Assembly: GCA_029564765.1 (NCBI GenBank)
Contig: JAKQPK010000060.1
Location: forward strand, 1 to 49,496
Direction of reading: 5' to 3'
Source: Candidatus Omnitrophota bacterium
GTDB lineage: Bacteria > Omnitrophota > Gorgyraeia > Zapsychrales > Aceulaceae
Length of the DNA stretch: 49,496 nucleotides
The position numbers were made by a program, and so were the translations under genes. The notes beneath the pieces were generated by a model, which was not told where the DNA came from, ran no database searches, and worked only from the letters and a program-made list of their open reading frames with translations. Positions 1-9,103 of the stretch are shown here, piece by piece; position 1 is the first letter of the stretch; each line of letters starts with the position of its first letter.

Positions 1-284
1 CGCCTTTCATCGAACGTGCGCGAGGCCCAGTCCACGGCCGCATCGATAACATCCCGCGTGATCCCGCTGTCCTTCTGCCTGAACTCCTTCGGCTGATAGC
101 AATAAGCACAACGCAGATTGCAGTCCTGCGTCATCAGGAAATAAACCGTGGTGTATTCCTGCTTGCCGTCCGTTATCGAACCGATATCGAACATGCCTTC
201 GGACTTGTACCGTTTGATCACTTCCCGGCACTGTAGCGGCAGATCGCCGCATGCCTTGCTGTTCTTAAGTTCAAATACCGGCAT
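1..284 (-). CDS. Radical SAM protein, N-terminal part (truncated by window edge; not in ORF track)
   Basis: Manual translation from ATG 284 (GGAGG upstream): MPVFELKNSKACGDLPLQCREVIKRYKSEGMFDIGSITDGKQEYTTVYFLMTQDCNLRCAYCYQPKEFRQKDSGITRDVIDAAVDWASRTFDER. CxxxCxYC motif at 99-122. Confidence 0.9.
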   Translation of the reverse strand, partial: MPVFELKNSKACGDLPLQCREVIKRYKSEGMFDIGSITDGKQEYTTVYFLMTQDCNLRCAYCYQPKEFRQKDSGITRDVIDAAVDWASRTFDER

Positions 285-672
285 CCGTCCTCCAATCCAG
301 CTTGCTTAAACCCGGTTCGATCTCCTCAATATCCAGCCCGAGTTTGTCCCTGAGAATCTGCCGGTGCGTATCGTTAAGCTCAACAACGTGCGAGACGTAA
401 ATCTTGTCCCTGTGCTTACCGGCCAGAAACAGAACAAACGCCGAAACGTTTCCCTTTTCGCCTTCAACGCCCAGATCCCTGTAAACCTCGCAAAGAACAT
501 CAACCAAAGCCTGAACGCTCATAAACCGTTTGTGCGTAAAACACTGAACAGTCAATTCGTCGAGGTTATTCCTGCACCAGTTCACCAGCTCGCTGACGGC
601 ATTCTCGCCTTCCAGCCGCGCGATCCTGAACGATACTTCCTGTGCTTTTGTCTGATCCTGAAACATTCCCAT
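271..672 (-). CDS. Hypothetical protein between the Cys-rich protein and the radical SAM gene
   Basis: TGATG overlap with the upstream stop and a 14-nt overlap with the radical SAM start. No recognised motif. The start could also be at 678. Confidence 0.7.
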   Translation of the reverse strand: MGMFQDQTKAQEVSFRIARLEGENAVSELVNWCRNNLDELTVQCFTHKRFMSVQALVDVLCEVYRDLGVEGEKGNVSAFVLFLAGKHRDKIYVSHVVELNDTHRQILRDKLGLDIEEIEPGLSKLDWRTDAGI

Positions 673-1397
673 CACCATGAATAAGGGTTACATTTACAAT
701 TCCACGCGCTGTGGTTATGCCCGCCCGAATACTCGCACGTCCCCCAGTTCAATCCGGGCGGTGTATACACACACCAATCCCACGGCACATATCCGTCCCA
801 CGCAACAGGAGGATTTGCCGATTTATATGGATGCTCTGTCGCGGACGGCAGGTTGATACTGGCGCAAATCCAGTAATGATTGATCGAGTGGTGACATTCC
901 GAATATTTATGATCATCACACGCCACGCCCGCGTGCGAACACGTCGTATAGTGATATCCGCAGTCCGCGCAATACTGGCACTGCTCGGTTTCGCAGATGC
1001 AACCGGTCATGAGCGCCTGAACCTTCTGCGTCATCTCCCTGAAATGAACACCCCTGACCTCGGTTGAAAGCGCCGTAATCGTGGGATCCGTGAAATCCAT
1101 GCATCCGGAACTGTCCTGCGGACAATACCCGGATTCACCGCGGCCCGATTTGCAAGCCGCCAATTCCGTGCGTAGTTGATCGACATGCACCTTCCGGATC
1201 TCCGTCACCAAATTCGTGATCGTCGGATCCGTAAAAGACGCCTGCGTAAGCCCGCGCCGGACAAACTCGGTGTTCAGAAACGACCTCAGCTCATCGATAT
1301 GCACCTTGCGCACCTTCGTGGATAAATCCGTAAGTACCGGATCCGTCCAAGCCGGTGTATTTGATGAGCATTGTTTTGGGGGCAACTTATGCGCCAT
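672..1397 (-). CDS. Cys/His/Trp-rich protein with three [WF]TDP...H..[EQ][LM] repeats; tail-module protein
   Basis: 17 Cys in total, 13 of them in residues 133-241. Repeats start at W17, F55 and F102. Lies in the tail operon. Confidence 0.8.
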   Translation of the reverse strand: MAHKLPPKQCSSNTPAWTDPVLTDLSTKVRKVHIDELRSFLNTEFVRRGLTQASFTDPTITNLVTEIRKVHVDQLRTELAACKSGRGESGYCPQDSSGCMDFTDPTITALSTEVRGVHFREMTQKVQALMTGCICETEQCQYCADCGYHYTTCSHAGVACDDHKYSECHHSINHYWICASINLPSATEHPYKSANPPVAWDGYVPWDWCVYTPPGLNWGTCEYSGGHNHSAWNCKCNPYSW

Positions 1398-1405
1398 ATC
1401 TCTCC

Positions 1406-1897
1406 CTACGAGGCGTAAACCGCCGTCTTATCGAAAAAGCCTTTTGTCCCTGATGCATTCGTTCCGTAATACTTGTTGTTCCCGGGTGAAGCCGCGCCGC
1501 TCTCAAGCTTCGCGGTCGAAACCCCGCCGTCCTTTAACTGCAACTGATCGCCCGCCGATACCTGAAACACTGCCGTATCGATAAGACCATCCAGATATTC
1601 CGGTGTCGTATCGCTGACATCCGCCTTCAATTTATTGGGCGAATTCTCGGTCGGCAGAACACCAGCCGCTGAAGGCACGCTTGCAAGACCCGTCAAAGCC
1701 GTTCCGCTCACCTTGCTGGCTGAGGTGATCTGCGCCAGTTTCGTATCCTCAATCCCCGCGCCCGGAGCCACCTTGTCGTTCGTGATCTGGAGGGCAGGAT
1801 CTGTCAACAGCTCCAGCGCCTCCCAGTTTGCCCGGCACGCCGGAGGGAAATTGATCAACAGCATGTCGTTTTCCGGTTTAGTCTTGTCCCAAGCCAT
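1406..1897 (-). CDS. Short tail-fibre-like protein
   Basis: Start MAWDKTKP after GAGGTG. Fibre-like motifs (ITNDKVA, IEDTKLA, LQLKDGGVSTAKL). Located downstream of gpJ. Confidence 0.6.
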   Translation of the reverse strand: MAWDKTKPENDMLLINFPPACRANWEALELLTDPALQITNDKVAPGAGIEDTKLAQITSASKVSGTALTGLASVPSAAGVLPTENSPNKLKADVSDTTPEYLDGLIDTAVFQVSAGDQLQLKDGGVSTAKLESGAASPGNNKYYGTNASGTKGFFDKTAVYAS

Positions 1898-2153
1898 CGC
1901 CCACCTCTCTTTTCTGGTACGCCTCGGCAACCTCGTTCATGTCGTGAAGCTCGATCCCATGCTCGCGTAACATCTGGACCCAGCAGACATCATGAAGCGT
2001 CATCTGCCGGGCATAGTTCTCCGCCTGCTCGGCACAGGTGAAAACAATCGGCTTCCTTTTCGGCATACGCAAAATAATGTCACCCTTGACCGCCACATAC
2101 GCCATGTCATCCGGTATCTCTTTTTTGCATTTATTACAGATCAACTTGTCCAT
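1878..2153 (-). CDS. Small putative Zn-binding protein (CxxC...HxxC)
   Basis: CNKC near the N-terminus and HDVC distally. AAGGAG SD. Overlaps both neighbours. Confidence 0.7.
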   Translation of the reverse strand: MDKLICNKCKKEIPDDMAYVAVKGDIILRMPKRKPIVFTCAEQAENYARQMTLHDVCWVQMLREHGIELHDMNEVAEAYQKREVGDGLGQD

Positions 2154-2364
2154 CGCTTACTCCTTCCGACTGATTGGCATGCTTAATGAATTTCTGCAAC
2201 AAACCGTTCAGGGTCGATTTATTGAATACCGCATCCTTGATCCCGATACTTTTTATCCGGCTGATCTCGCCGCCGTCATTGACCTTGTATAAAATGACGC
2301 CGTTCAAGAACTCGCCTTTCTCAAACTCAATAACCACCTTGTGTGGAATCAATCCCTTTGCCAT
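2134..2364 (-). CDS. Hypothetical phage protein
   Basis: AGGAGG SD; starts 8 nt after the gpJ stop. Confidence 0.7.
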   Translation of the reverse strand: MAKGLIPHKVVIEFEKGEFLNGVILYKVNDGGEISRIKSIGIKDAVFNKSTLNGLLQKFIKHANQSEGVSDGQVDL

Positions 2365-2372
2365 CTCTCCTC

Positions 2373-5300
2373 CTAAATCCCGTGGCTGTGCCAGTCGAAC
2401 ATGCCGGTCTGCGCTACGCCCTGGGCGTCGTACAGCTTCACCGTAAAACCGGTGATGCTTTTATCCGAAAATTGTGAATAGATGCCGCTTCCGCTTCGTA
2501 TCTCGATATGAACGCTTGGCTCCTCGTGGTATGTCTTGCCGAAGAAAACCTGCTTGCCGTCGACTGCCGAAACAACAGTAGCGTTGCCGTAGTCATCGAC
2601 ATCCGGCAGGTCACCAAAATACTGAAACGTCGAACAGGTGATCTCATCGCCGATATTCTCTCGGTACAGCGTGAGTTCGATCTGAAAGTACCGGCAGTAA
2701 TAATCACCGGGCTGATAATCTTCCCAATCTTTCCAGGTGATGTTGTCCTCTGAAATGCGTATCCGGAAACTGGCTGACCTCAACGTTTCCTGACCTGTGA
2801 ACCGATATGATGGGCTGTCGTTAAACTTCGTTACCCCATCGCTGTCAAACCTCCTGCCCAAAGATGTCGAAACGATCACGTCGATGCCGATATAAACGCT
2901 CGCCACATACCCGAAATCCCTGATCGGCGTCGTATACGTCCCGGACATAACACCGTCCGTGATCACGATCGACTCGCCTTCCTTTTCGATACTGTTCTTC
3001 ACGCCTTCCCAGAGCGGTTGTTCCTGATACTCTGCGATGATATTTCTGAAAGGAATCTCGGTGATCGTGACAACCGCCTCTTTTGCATTCACAGAATAAT
3101 TACCCGAGGTATCGATCCCTTTGATCCAGTACCGCTGGCCGATACCGCGTTTGACATCTTTGGTGAGATAATGCGTTCCCTGCTGAAGCGTAATAAATTC
3201 AGCGCTCTCCCAGTCAAGGCCGCGCCGGATCTCATATCCCCAAACATCCACGTCCGGGATCGGCGTCCATCCGAAATACAGCATGTCCCTGTTCCGGTTA
3301 ACCAGAAACGACGGCACATCAGATGGCGGTGCAGATTTGCCCACAATCGTGATCGTGCTTTCGGGCGCGCTTCCGAGGGCGCTTTCTTCATTAAGGGAAT
3401 CAAGCGACGTTACCCTGACCTTATAGGTGTGGTGATCGACGATATCGCCAATGATCCGGAAATTCGTCCCCGAAGTTTCTCCCCGCGCGCGCCAGCTTAA
3501 ACCGTCATCATCGCTGATATAAATTTTCGCCTTGGCGTATGACTTGACGAAATGATCCACATAGGCCGGGTGGTCGAACCAGACATCAATCGCGTTCTCG
3601 ATCGTTCCGTCTGTCTTCTTGACCAGCGATTCGGTCAAGCTGAGATTATTGACTGCCGGTATCTCGCTCGATAAAGACGAATAGTTATTCTGCGGAAGGA
3701 TAATGTCCGAATCGTCATACACCGCTTCGTTGTATTCCAGCGCGGATATCTGAACCTCGCTTTTGCCTTCCCGCTGGATCGCCACCACCCTGAAATCTTT
3801 TTTGACCTTGTTCGTCTCGCCTATCGCAAAAACATCGAAGGCCTGAGGGTCTTCCGGGAACGCTTCACACGAAACCTCCGTATGCGTACCGGTCGGCGAA
3901 GTGATAAGCCGCTCCTCGAGCGTATCGTCCGAGAATCGAACCTGAATCTTGTAAGACTTTCCGTCCTCAATGACCATTGCCCTGTCTAATTTGACAAGCG
4001 CCGCGGTACTGCCATCCTGCACCCGGCCGGAGAACCCCCACTGCGGAACATCGTGCGATATTGAAATGACATCTCCGGCCTGACAGGCGATCGCATCAAT
4101 CCCAGCCTTAAACGTGACCGAACGGTTGATATACCGCGCCACCTTTAACGCATACCTCGCCGCTCGGATCGCGTAACTTGCGCCGGTCGTAAAAAGCCGG
4201 ATCTGACTTTTACGCATCGGCTCACCAGAAGCCAGCGATTCTTCATCGATGTAGGCGACCGTTTCCTGCTGGTAGTTTTTCTCTTTATCGGTAAACTGCA
4301 CCTCGATCACGTTCGGCACCTCTTTCATCGTCTTCCAGCTCTGCGCAAACGTGTCCTTGAGGATATTGCCCATGCCGAACAGCTGGGTCGGATTCGTGAT
4401 CTTGTCGATCTTGAATGCCAAACCGCCCGCGCTGTAAACCGGCATGGCATTGAACGTGGCGCATAATTGGATCAGAACGTCGAGCGCCCTGTTGTTGCTG
4501 TCGATAACCACATCCATCCTGAACCGTTTCTCGTAACCGCCCTGACCGTCCGCAACTTTCTCCTCGCAATACTGCGACATCTCAAGAAGCGAAGCGTTGT
4601 CCAGATTCCCGGATGAAATAAACTCGCCCAGCCCGAAACGGTTGCTGATAATAAAATCCCGCAGGCACCAGACAGGGTTTCCGGAATACCTCTGGGCAAA
4701 CGTCACACCATCCCATGAAAGCAAAGTGTCGTCCGCAAGCAATCGGTAATCTGCCCCATCCCAGTAATAATCATCCCAAGCAACCGGGTCCGTACCGCTT
4801 CTGACATCCGGCACAGAAACCTTCCTGCCTTTAACAACCGATGTGATGTTCGGCATCGATCCTGAAAGCTGATCGGTCGCCAGAAGCTGAAGCCCTAAAA
4901 GCGCGGTATTGGGATAACTCAAATCATCTGTCTTAAGCTCATCGATCTGGAAAAGTAAAAGGTCGCCCTGCTTTAAGGGCTGAAGCGAACTGTCCTCGCT
5001 GGTGCGGGTAATGCGGATGTCGTACTGGCCCGGCGTAAGCCCTGCCTTGCGAAATACACGCCTCACTGAAGAACGCGACTGCGCCGAAATAGTTGTCTCA
5101 CCCAGATCGATATATGTCCCCGCGGAATGCTCTTTGTATTCGACGCGATAAGTAACGCTCCAGCTCTGGATATCACCGGAACTGGAATTCTGCTGATAAA
5201 GGCCGTTATTGAGCCGCAAGTGGATCTCGAAAGCTTCCACATCCAGATCGACCGTGGTGTAAATATAGGGATTGTTTTGCGTAAGGTTGGCGCTGACCGG

Positions 5301-5990
5301 ATAAATATTGTGCAGATCCTCGAAATTCGGGATCATGCTCTGGTAGTTCGTGCCAAAACGCCTGGTGATGGTTACGCCTTCAAAATTGACGATCGGATTA
5401 TTATTCAGCTCGATATCTTCTATCGACTCGATCTCGCCCTCGCAGATCGCCAGAAGCACATTCAAATAATGCTTGTCGCCGTCCTCCCAGAGGAACTGGT
5501 TGATGATATTCCCGCCGACTCGATGCTCTCCGTAAACCACTGCCACCGGAACCCCGACCTCCTGAATCGTTTGCACTCCATCCCATCCGTAGGTAGGCGA
5601 TCCCTCGTCCATCCCGGCAGAACCGAGATTGAAATCCGGCATTTTCGGCTGGTTCATGTACTGGTAAATGGCGTAACCCATCGAAAGAACAAAGAACGTG
5701 AACAGAAACGGATGCGCTACCGCAGCCGCCCAGACCGCTGAAACAATAAACGAAATAACAGCCACCACCGGAGCCTTGACTTCCGGGGCAACAACGATCT
5801 CGTCGCCCTCTTCGATACGTGAATCAAGGTCTTCAATGCGTTTGCCGGTAACGATCACGCGTTTGTCTTTATAATCAAACCCGGAATTATCGAGATAATC
5901 GCGCACGGATTTGCTTCTGGAATAGGTAAATTCCAGAACCTGCGCCTCCTCGAGCTTGAACGGATTGTCGATATGACGAACGGATATCAT
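2373..5990 (-). CDS. Central tail fibre / tail tip protein (lambda gpJ-like) with fused N-terminal gpI-like ubiquitin-like domain
   Basis: GVPVAVVYGE, LAICEGEI, YPNTALLG and NPVWCLRD motifs, FN3-like segments and a C-terminal beta domain. Start MISVRH by ATGA overlap at 5987-5990. Confidence 0.88.
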   Translation of the reverse strand: MISVRHIDNPFKLEEAQVLEFTYSRSKSVRDYLDNSGFDYKDKRVIVTGKRIEDLDSRIEEGDEIVVAPEVKAPVVAVISFIVSAVWAAAVAHPFLFTFFVLSMGYAIYQYMNQPKMPDFNLGSAGMDEGSPTYGWDGVQTIQEVGVPVAVVYGEHRVGGNIINQFLWEDGDKHYLNVLLAICEGEIESIEDIELNNNPIVNFEGVTITRRFGTNYQSMIPNFEDLHNIYPVSANLTQNNPYIYTTVDLDVEAFEIHLRLNNGLYQQNSSSGDIQSWSVTYRVEYKEHSAGTYIDLGETTISAQSRSSVRRVFRKAGLTPGQYDIRITRTSEDSSLQPLKQGDLLLFQIDELKTDDLSYPNTALLGLQLLATDQLSGSMPNITSVVKGRKVSVPDVRSGTDPVAWDDYYWDGADYRLLADDTLLSWDGVTFAQRYSGNPVWCLRDFIISNRFGLGEFISSGNLDNASLLEMSQYCEEKVADGQGGYEKRFRMDVVIDSNNRALDVLIQLCATFNAMPVYSAGGLAFKIDKITNPTQLFGMGNILKDTFAQSWKTMKEVPNVIEVQFTDKEKNYQQETVAYIDEESLASGEPMRKSQIRLFTTGASYAIRAARYALKVARYINRSVTFKAGIDAIACQAGDVISISHDVPQWGFSGRVQDGSTAALVKLDRAMVIEDGKSYKIQVRFSDDTLEERLITSPTGTHTEVSCEAFPEDPQAFDVFAIGETNKVKKDFRVVAIQREGKSEVQISALEYNEAVYDDSDIILPQNNYSSLSSEIPAVNNLSLTESLVKKTDGTIENAIDVWFDHPAYVDHFVKSYAKAKIYISDDDGLSWRARGETSGTNFRIIGDIVDHHTYKVRVTSLDSLNEESALGSAPESTITIVGKSAPPSDVPSFLVNRNRDMLYFGWTPIPDVDVWGYEIRRGLDWESAEFITLQQGTHYLTKDVKRGIGQRYWIKGIDTSGNYSVNAKEAVVTITEIPFRNIIAEYQEQPLWEGVKNSIEKEGESIVITDGVMSGTYTTPIRDFGYVASVYIGIDVIVSTSLGRRFDSDGVTKFNDSPSYRFTGQETLRSASFRIRISEDNITWKDWEDYQPGDYYCRYFQIELTLYRENIGDEITCSTFQYFGDLPDVDDYGNATVVSAVDGKQVFFGKTYHEEPSVHIEIRSGSGIYSQFSDKSITGFTVKLYDAQGVAQTGMFDWHSHGI

Positions 5991-6478
5991 TTTCTTAACC
6001 TGTAAAATCCTTCTGTTTTCTTTTTCCATGAAACATCATCGAGCCGCGACACTACGACCCCCTGACGGCAACAATGGATAAACCGCCTCTTGCCGAGTAC
6101 GATCCCGGCATGATCGGCAATACCTCTCGAATTAACAAACAAGACGCCGTCCAATACCTGCGGCGTTTCAACGCGATCCCAATCGTGGCCGTAATGCTCC
6201 TTGAAATAGTCCTTGCCGCTTAAACCCCACACCTTGCTGTATTCCAGATCCTCGATATCAAAAAGTCTGTAACCCAGATCCGCATAAACAAGTTTGAGAA
6301 ATCCCCAGCAATCAAGGCCTTCCATCGTCCGGCCCCTGTGGCGGTATGGGATCCCGAGATATTTCCCGATGATCGCCTTTTCTACATCACATAAATCCGG
6401 CGCGTCGGTACGGACGGAAACGCCCCGAACCGGTGATAATTCTCCAGCACCTTGCACCGCTGTTTTGTTTTGTTGCAT
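5987..6478 (-). CDS. NlpC/P60 tail assembly protein (gpK C-terminal domain only)
   Basis: YLGIPY, GLDCWG, HAGI and FIH catalytic motifs. No JAB domain. Start chosen at the ATG with an AGGAGG SD. Confidence 0.85.
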   Translation of the reverse strand: MQQNKTAVQGAGELSPVRGVSVRTDAPDLCDVEKAIIGKYLGIPYRHRGRTMEGLDCWGFLKLVYADLGYRLFDIEDLEYSKVWGLSGKDYFKEHYGHDWDRVETPQVLDGVLFVNSRGIADHAGIVLGKRRFIHCCRQGVVVSRLDDVSWKKKTEGFYRLRK

Positions 6479-6993
6479 GAAACCTCTCCTCCTGTGTACC
6501 CGCATTCGGCCGACTTAAACTTCCACGCGCAGTAATTACGCGCATATCGACGCGCGGGTAAATCAACGCCCAAGACATCGAACTTCCCGGTTAAGGTAAA
6601 CTCCACGCTCTTCTGGTCTGCGGTATAACTGTCGATATAAAAAACATCGTCCATATGCGCGTCCGGATCCGCCAGCTGGTCGGCCCAGACCATGCGGATC
6701 GTAACCTTCTTGCCTCGAAGATCGAACTGCTCCAGATAAAGCTGAACAAAACGCGACACATTCCCAAGCCGCACTTTGACCTGATCGATCTGCCCCTGAT
6801 TGTTCTCGCCGATAAACTCATGCGTCACCGGAAACTTTGAATACACCAGCCCCTGATACGTCACATCCTGGTCGAACCCCGCGATCCTCAAATCATTAAG
6901 AGAATCGTACTTTTCAAGGACATACAAAAAGATGGGTGCATTTTCCTGCTTCGATTTCTCGCTGATAAATAAGGGGCTGACATCTCTGGGCAT
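6382..6993 (-). CDS. Tail tip protein, lambda gpL-like
   Basis: C-terminal four-Cys motif (CAWKFKSAECGY...CNKTKQRC...FGAFP); position between the gpM-like and gpK-like genes. Confidence 0.85.
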   Translation of the reverse strand: MPRDVSPLFISEKSKQENAPIFLYVLEKYDSLNDLRIAGFDQDVTYQGLVYSKFPVTHEFIGENNQGQIDQVKVRLGNVSRFVQLYLEQFDLRGKKVTIRMVWADQLADPDAHMDDVFYIDSYTADQKSVEFTLTGKFDVLGVDLPARRYARNYCAWKFKSAECGYTGGEVSCNKTKQRCKVLENYHRFGAFPSVPTRRIYVM

Positions 6994-7331
6994 TACTTCA
7001 CCTCTATAAAATCAAATTCAAAGTCATAAACCTCGTACGCCTTCATCGTGAATTTAAAACTGTCCTCGGCAAAGCGAACCGTATACTCCACGGCATCGTT
7101 CGGGTTCGTCCATGTAAACGACATGAATGAACCGTATTTGCCAGAAAAGAAATTCCGCACCAGCTCCATATCGGCCTTTGTCCGGTTAGAAAACCTGAGC
7201 CGCCATTTATGTAACGGTGTCGCCCACTTGCGCCTGCGCTGTTCAACGCCGCTCTCGAACTCTGAAACAAGCGTTTTGTATTCCAGCGTCTCTTCGAAAA
7301 CAAAATCCGGTAAATAGGCAAAATCGCTCAT
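6993..7331 (-). CDS. Distal tail protein, gpM/DUF2460-like
   Basis: TLVSEFESGVEQRR...FFS...FTWTNP pattern; ATGA-coupled to the tape measure stop. Confidence 0.8.
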   Translation of the reverse strand: MSDFAYLPDFVFEETLEYKTLVSEFESGVEQRRRKWATPLHKWRLRFSNRTKADMELVRNFFSGKYGSFMSFTWTNPNDAVEYTVRFAEDSFKFTMKAYEVYDFEFDFIEVK

Positions 7332-9103
7332 GCGTAACTCCTGATCACAGAACGGATCTTCCCGTTGTTGTAAATGTCGTCGGCAATAGCGTTCGACAGC
7401 ATCTTGCGGTTTCGCCAGACATCCTGCGCATCCCATGCCTGAATGACCTGATTGACATTAATGGTCACTCCTTCACCGCGCAGCGACTCGCCGCCGTTCA
7501 GCGCGCGCAGGTTATCCGACCCGCCTATCGCCTGCATTCCCCTGCGGGAAAGCACGCCTTCGCCTGTTTGCGCAATGATCGGCACCTCATCCGGCGCAAG
7601 GCCTGAATGCGCACGGATAAACGCCCGGTTGCGCTTTTCTACCGTTCCTCCGCTATGGAACAAACTTGCCACCGGCACACCGAAGATCGTGCCGCCTGCT
7701 CCAGCCATCGCCGTAAATATCTTGATCAAAAGAAGCTTCGCCAGGATGTTTGAGATCATCTGCAGAACTGCCCTGCCGAAATCCGCGAATACCTCTTTGA
7801 CACTGCGAAGCTCTCCGGTAAATGCCTTGAAGAAAAACTGTGAAAAAGCGTTCTGCATGTTATGCGCCGACTGCTTGGCGAACTCTTCCATGACGTTAAA
7901 CTGCTGCGCAGCCGCTTCCGCGCTTTTCCCCACATCCTTGGCCACGTTCTTCAATATCTCCGCTGTCTTGTCACCGGTCTCCTTGACCTTGGCAAACACA
8001 AGGTCATACTGCTTCATCGCGTCCCGCGCGCTTTCCTGAGCCGCCAGATTGAACGCTGTACGCGCCTCTTCAAGCCCTTGAGTAAGCCCCTCGACATTGA
8101 ACTGGATCTTGTTCTCCTCCAGAGACTGCGAAAAACGCTCTACCTCCGCGGACGCCTGCCGGTATGTTTCCCCGACACTGCCGGGTAACTTTCCCAGAAG
8201 ATCGTAGAATTTAATGAGCGGCACCATAAGCGCCTGAAAGAAATCGACCGCGAAACCCAAGAGACCGTTTAAGGCATTCGTTATCCCCTGAATGAAACCT
8301 TTAACCGCGCCCGCGCCGTACTCAAGGATCGTAAAAACACCCGCCACCAGATGATTGGCAAACCCCTGCAAGAATCCAAGCACCTGCCAGAGCGACTGAC
8401 CGGCCTTTTCCATGAAATCGTTCCACTGAGATTTGAGTATCTGCACCTTTTCGTAGCTAGTCATCATTTCGAGATTCACCGCTTCAAGGTGCGATTTGCT
8501 CTGCGCGAGGATGTGATTGGCCATCGCCTGCGCCATGTGGTATTTCTGAACTTGATCGACGGTCTTGCCGGTTGCCTTGGCGTATTCCTCCGCCGCATCT
8601 TTAAGCGATAACTGAAGGCCGTACGAACGCCTCAAGGTCGTAACCAGACCGCCGGTAACCGCGCTTGAAATATTTTGAAATGCCTCTTCGGTCGTGGTGC
8701 CGAATATCCGCGCCTCGGCCCGCGCCTGCTTCATGAGCGCCGCGACCTGATCCATGTTCAGGCCCTGCGCCATGAGCGCCGAAACCTTATCTGCCACGTT
8801 TGAGAAATTGACCGTCTCCTTGGAAGCCTCCATGATCGCCTGCCGCATCTTTTGAGCATCAATGCCGACACTCTCTGCCATACGGCTAAAACTCTGCTCG
8901 ATCTGCTGAGCCTTGGCACCCATTTCCATGAGATCCCACGCCTTACGAAGCGCCATGATGCTCGCCGTAATGGCCGCAGTGATCGCCAGCCAGTTCTGCT
9001 TCCATGCATTGGCGAATCTCTGCAGGTTTCCGCGCACGCCCTCAAGGCGTTTCGTCGCTTCATCCCGAAGGCGCAATATGATCGAAAGTTCTTTATTCGT
9101 CAT
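7328..9103 (-). CDS. Tape measure protein (591 aa)
   Basis: Long Ala/Gln-rich helical protein with C-terminal HSGG...DEVPIIAQTGEGVL; follows the chaperone genes. Confidence 0.88.
   Translation of the reverse strand: MTNKELSIILRLRDEATKRLEGVRGNLQRFANAWKQNWLAITAAITASIMALRKAWDLMEMGAKAQQIEQSFSRMAESVGIDAQKMRQAIMEASKETVNFSNVADKVSALMAQGLNMDQVAALMKQARAEARIFGTTTEEAFQNISSAVTGGLVTTLRRSYGLQLSLKDAAEEYAKATGKTVDQVQKYHMAQAMANHILAQSKSHLEAVNLEMMTSYEKVQILKSQWNDFMEKAGQSLWQVLGFLQGFANHLVAGVFTILEYGAGAVKGFIQGITNALNGLLGFAVDFFQALMVPLIKFYDLLGKLPGSVGETYRQASAEVERFSQSLEENKIQFNVEGLTQGLEEARTAFNLAAQESARDAMKQYDLVFAKVKETGDKTAEILKNVAKDVGKSAEAAAQQFNVMEEFAKQSAHNMQNAFSQFFFKAFTGELRSVKEVFADFGRAVLQMISNILAKLLLIKIFTAMAGAGGTIFGVPVASLFHSGGTVEKRNRAFIRAHSGLAPDEVPIIAQTGEGVLSRRGMQAIGGSDNLRALNGGESLRGEGVTINVNQVIQAWDAQDVWRNRKMLSNAIADDIYNNGKIRSVIRSYA

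Noticed and set aside
7-252. 81-aa ORF from the track
   Set aside because: It is an alternative frame overlapping the radical SAM gene, which has the motif, an SD and coupling.
672-6000. Diversity-generating retroelement or invertible tail cassette
   Set aside because: No reverse transcriptase, invertase, TR/VR pair or long inverted repeats seen in the window. The region left of position 1 cannot be excluded.
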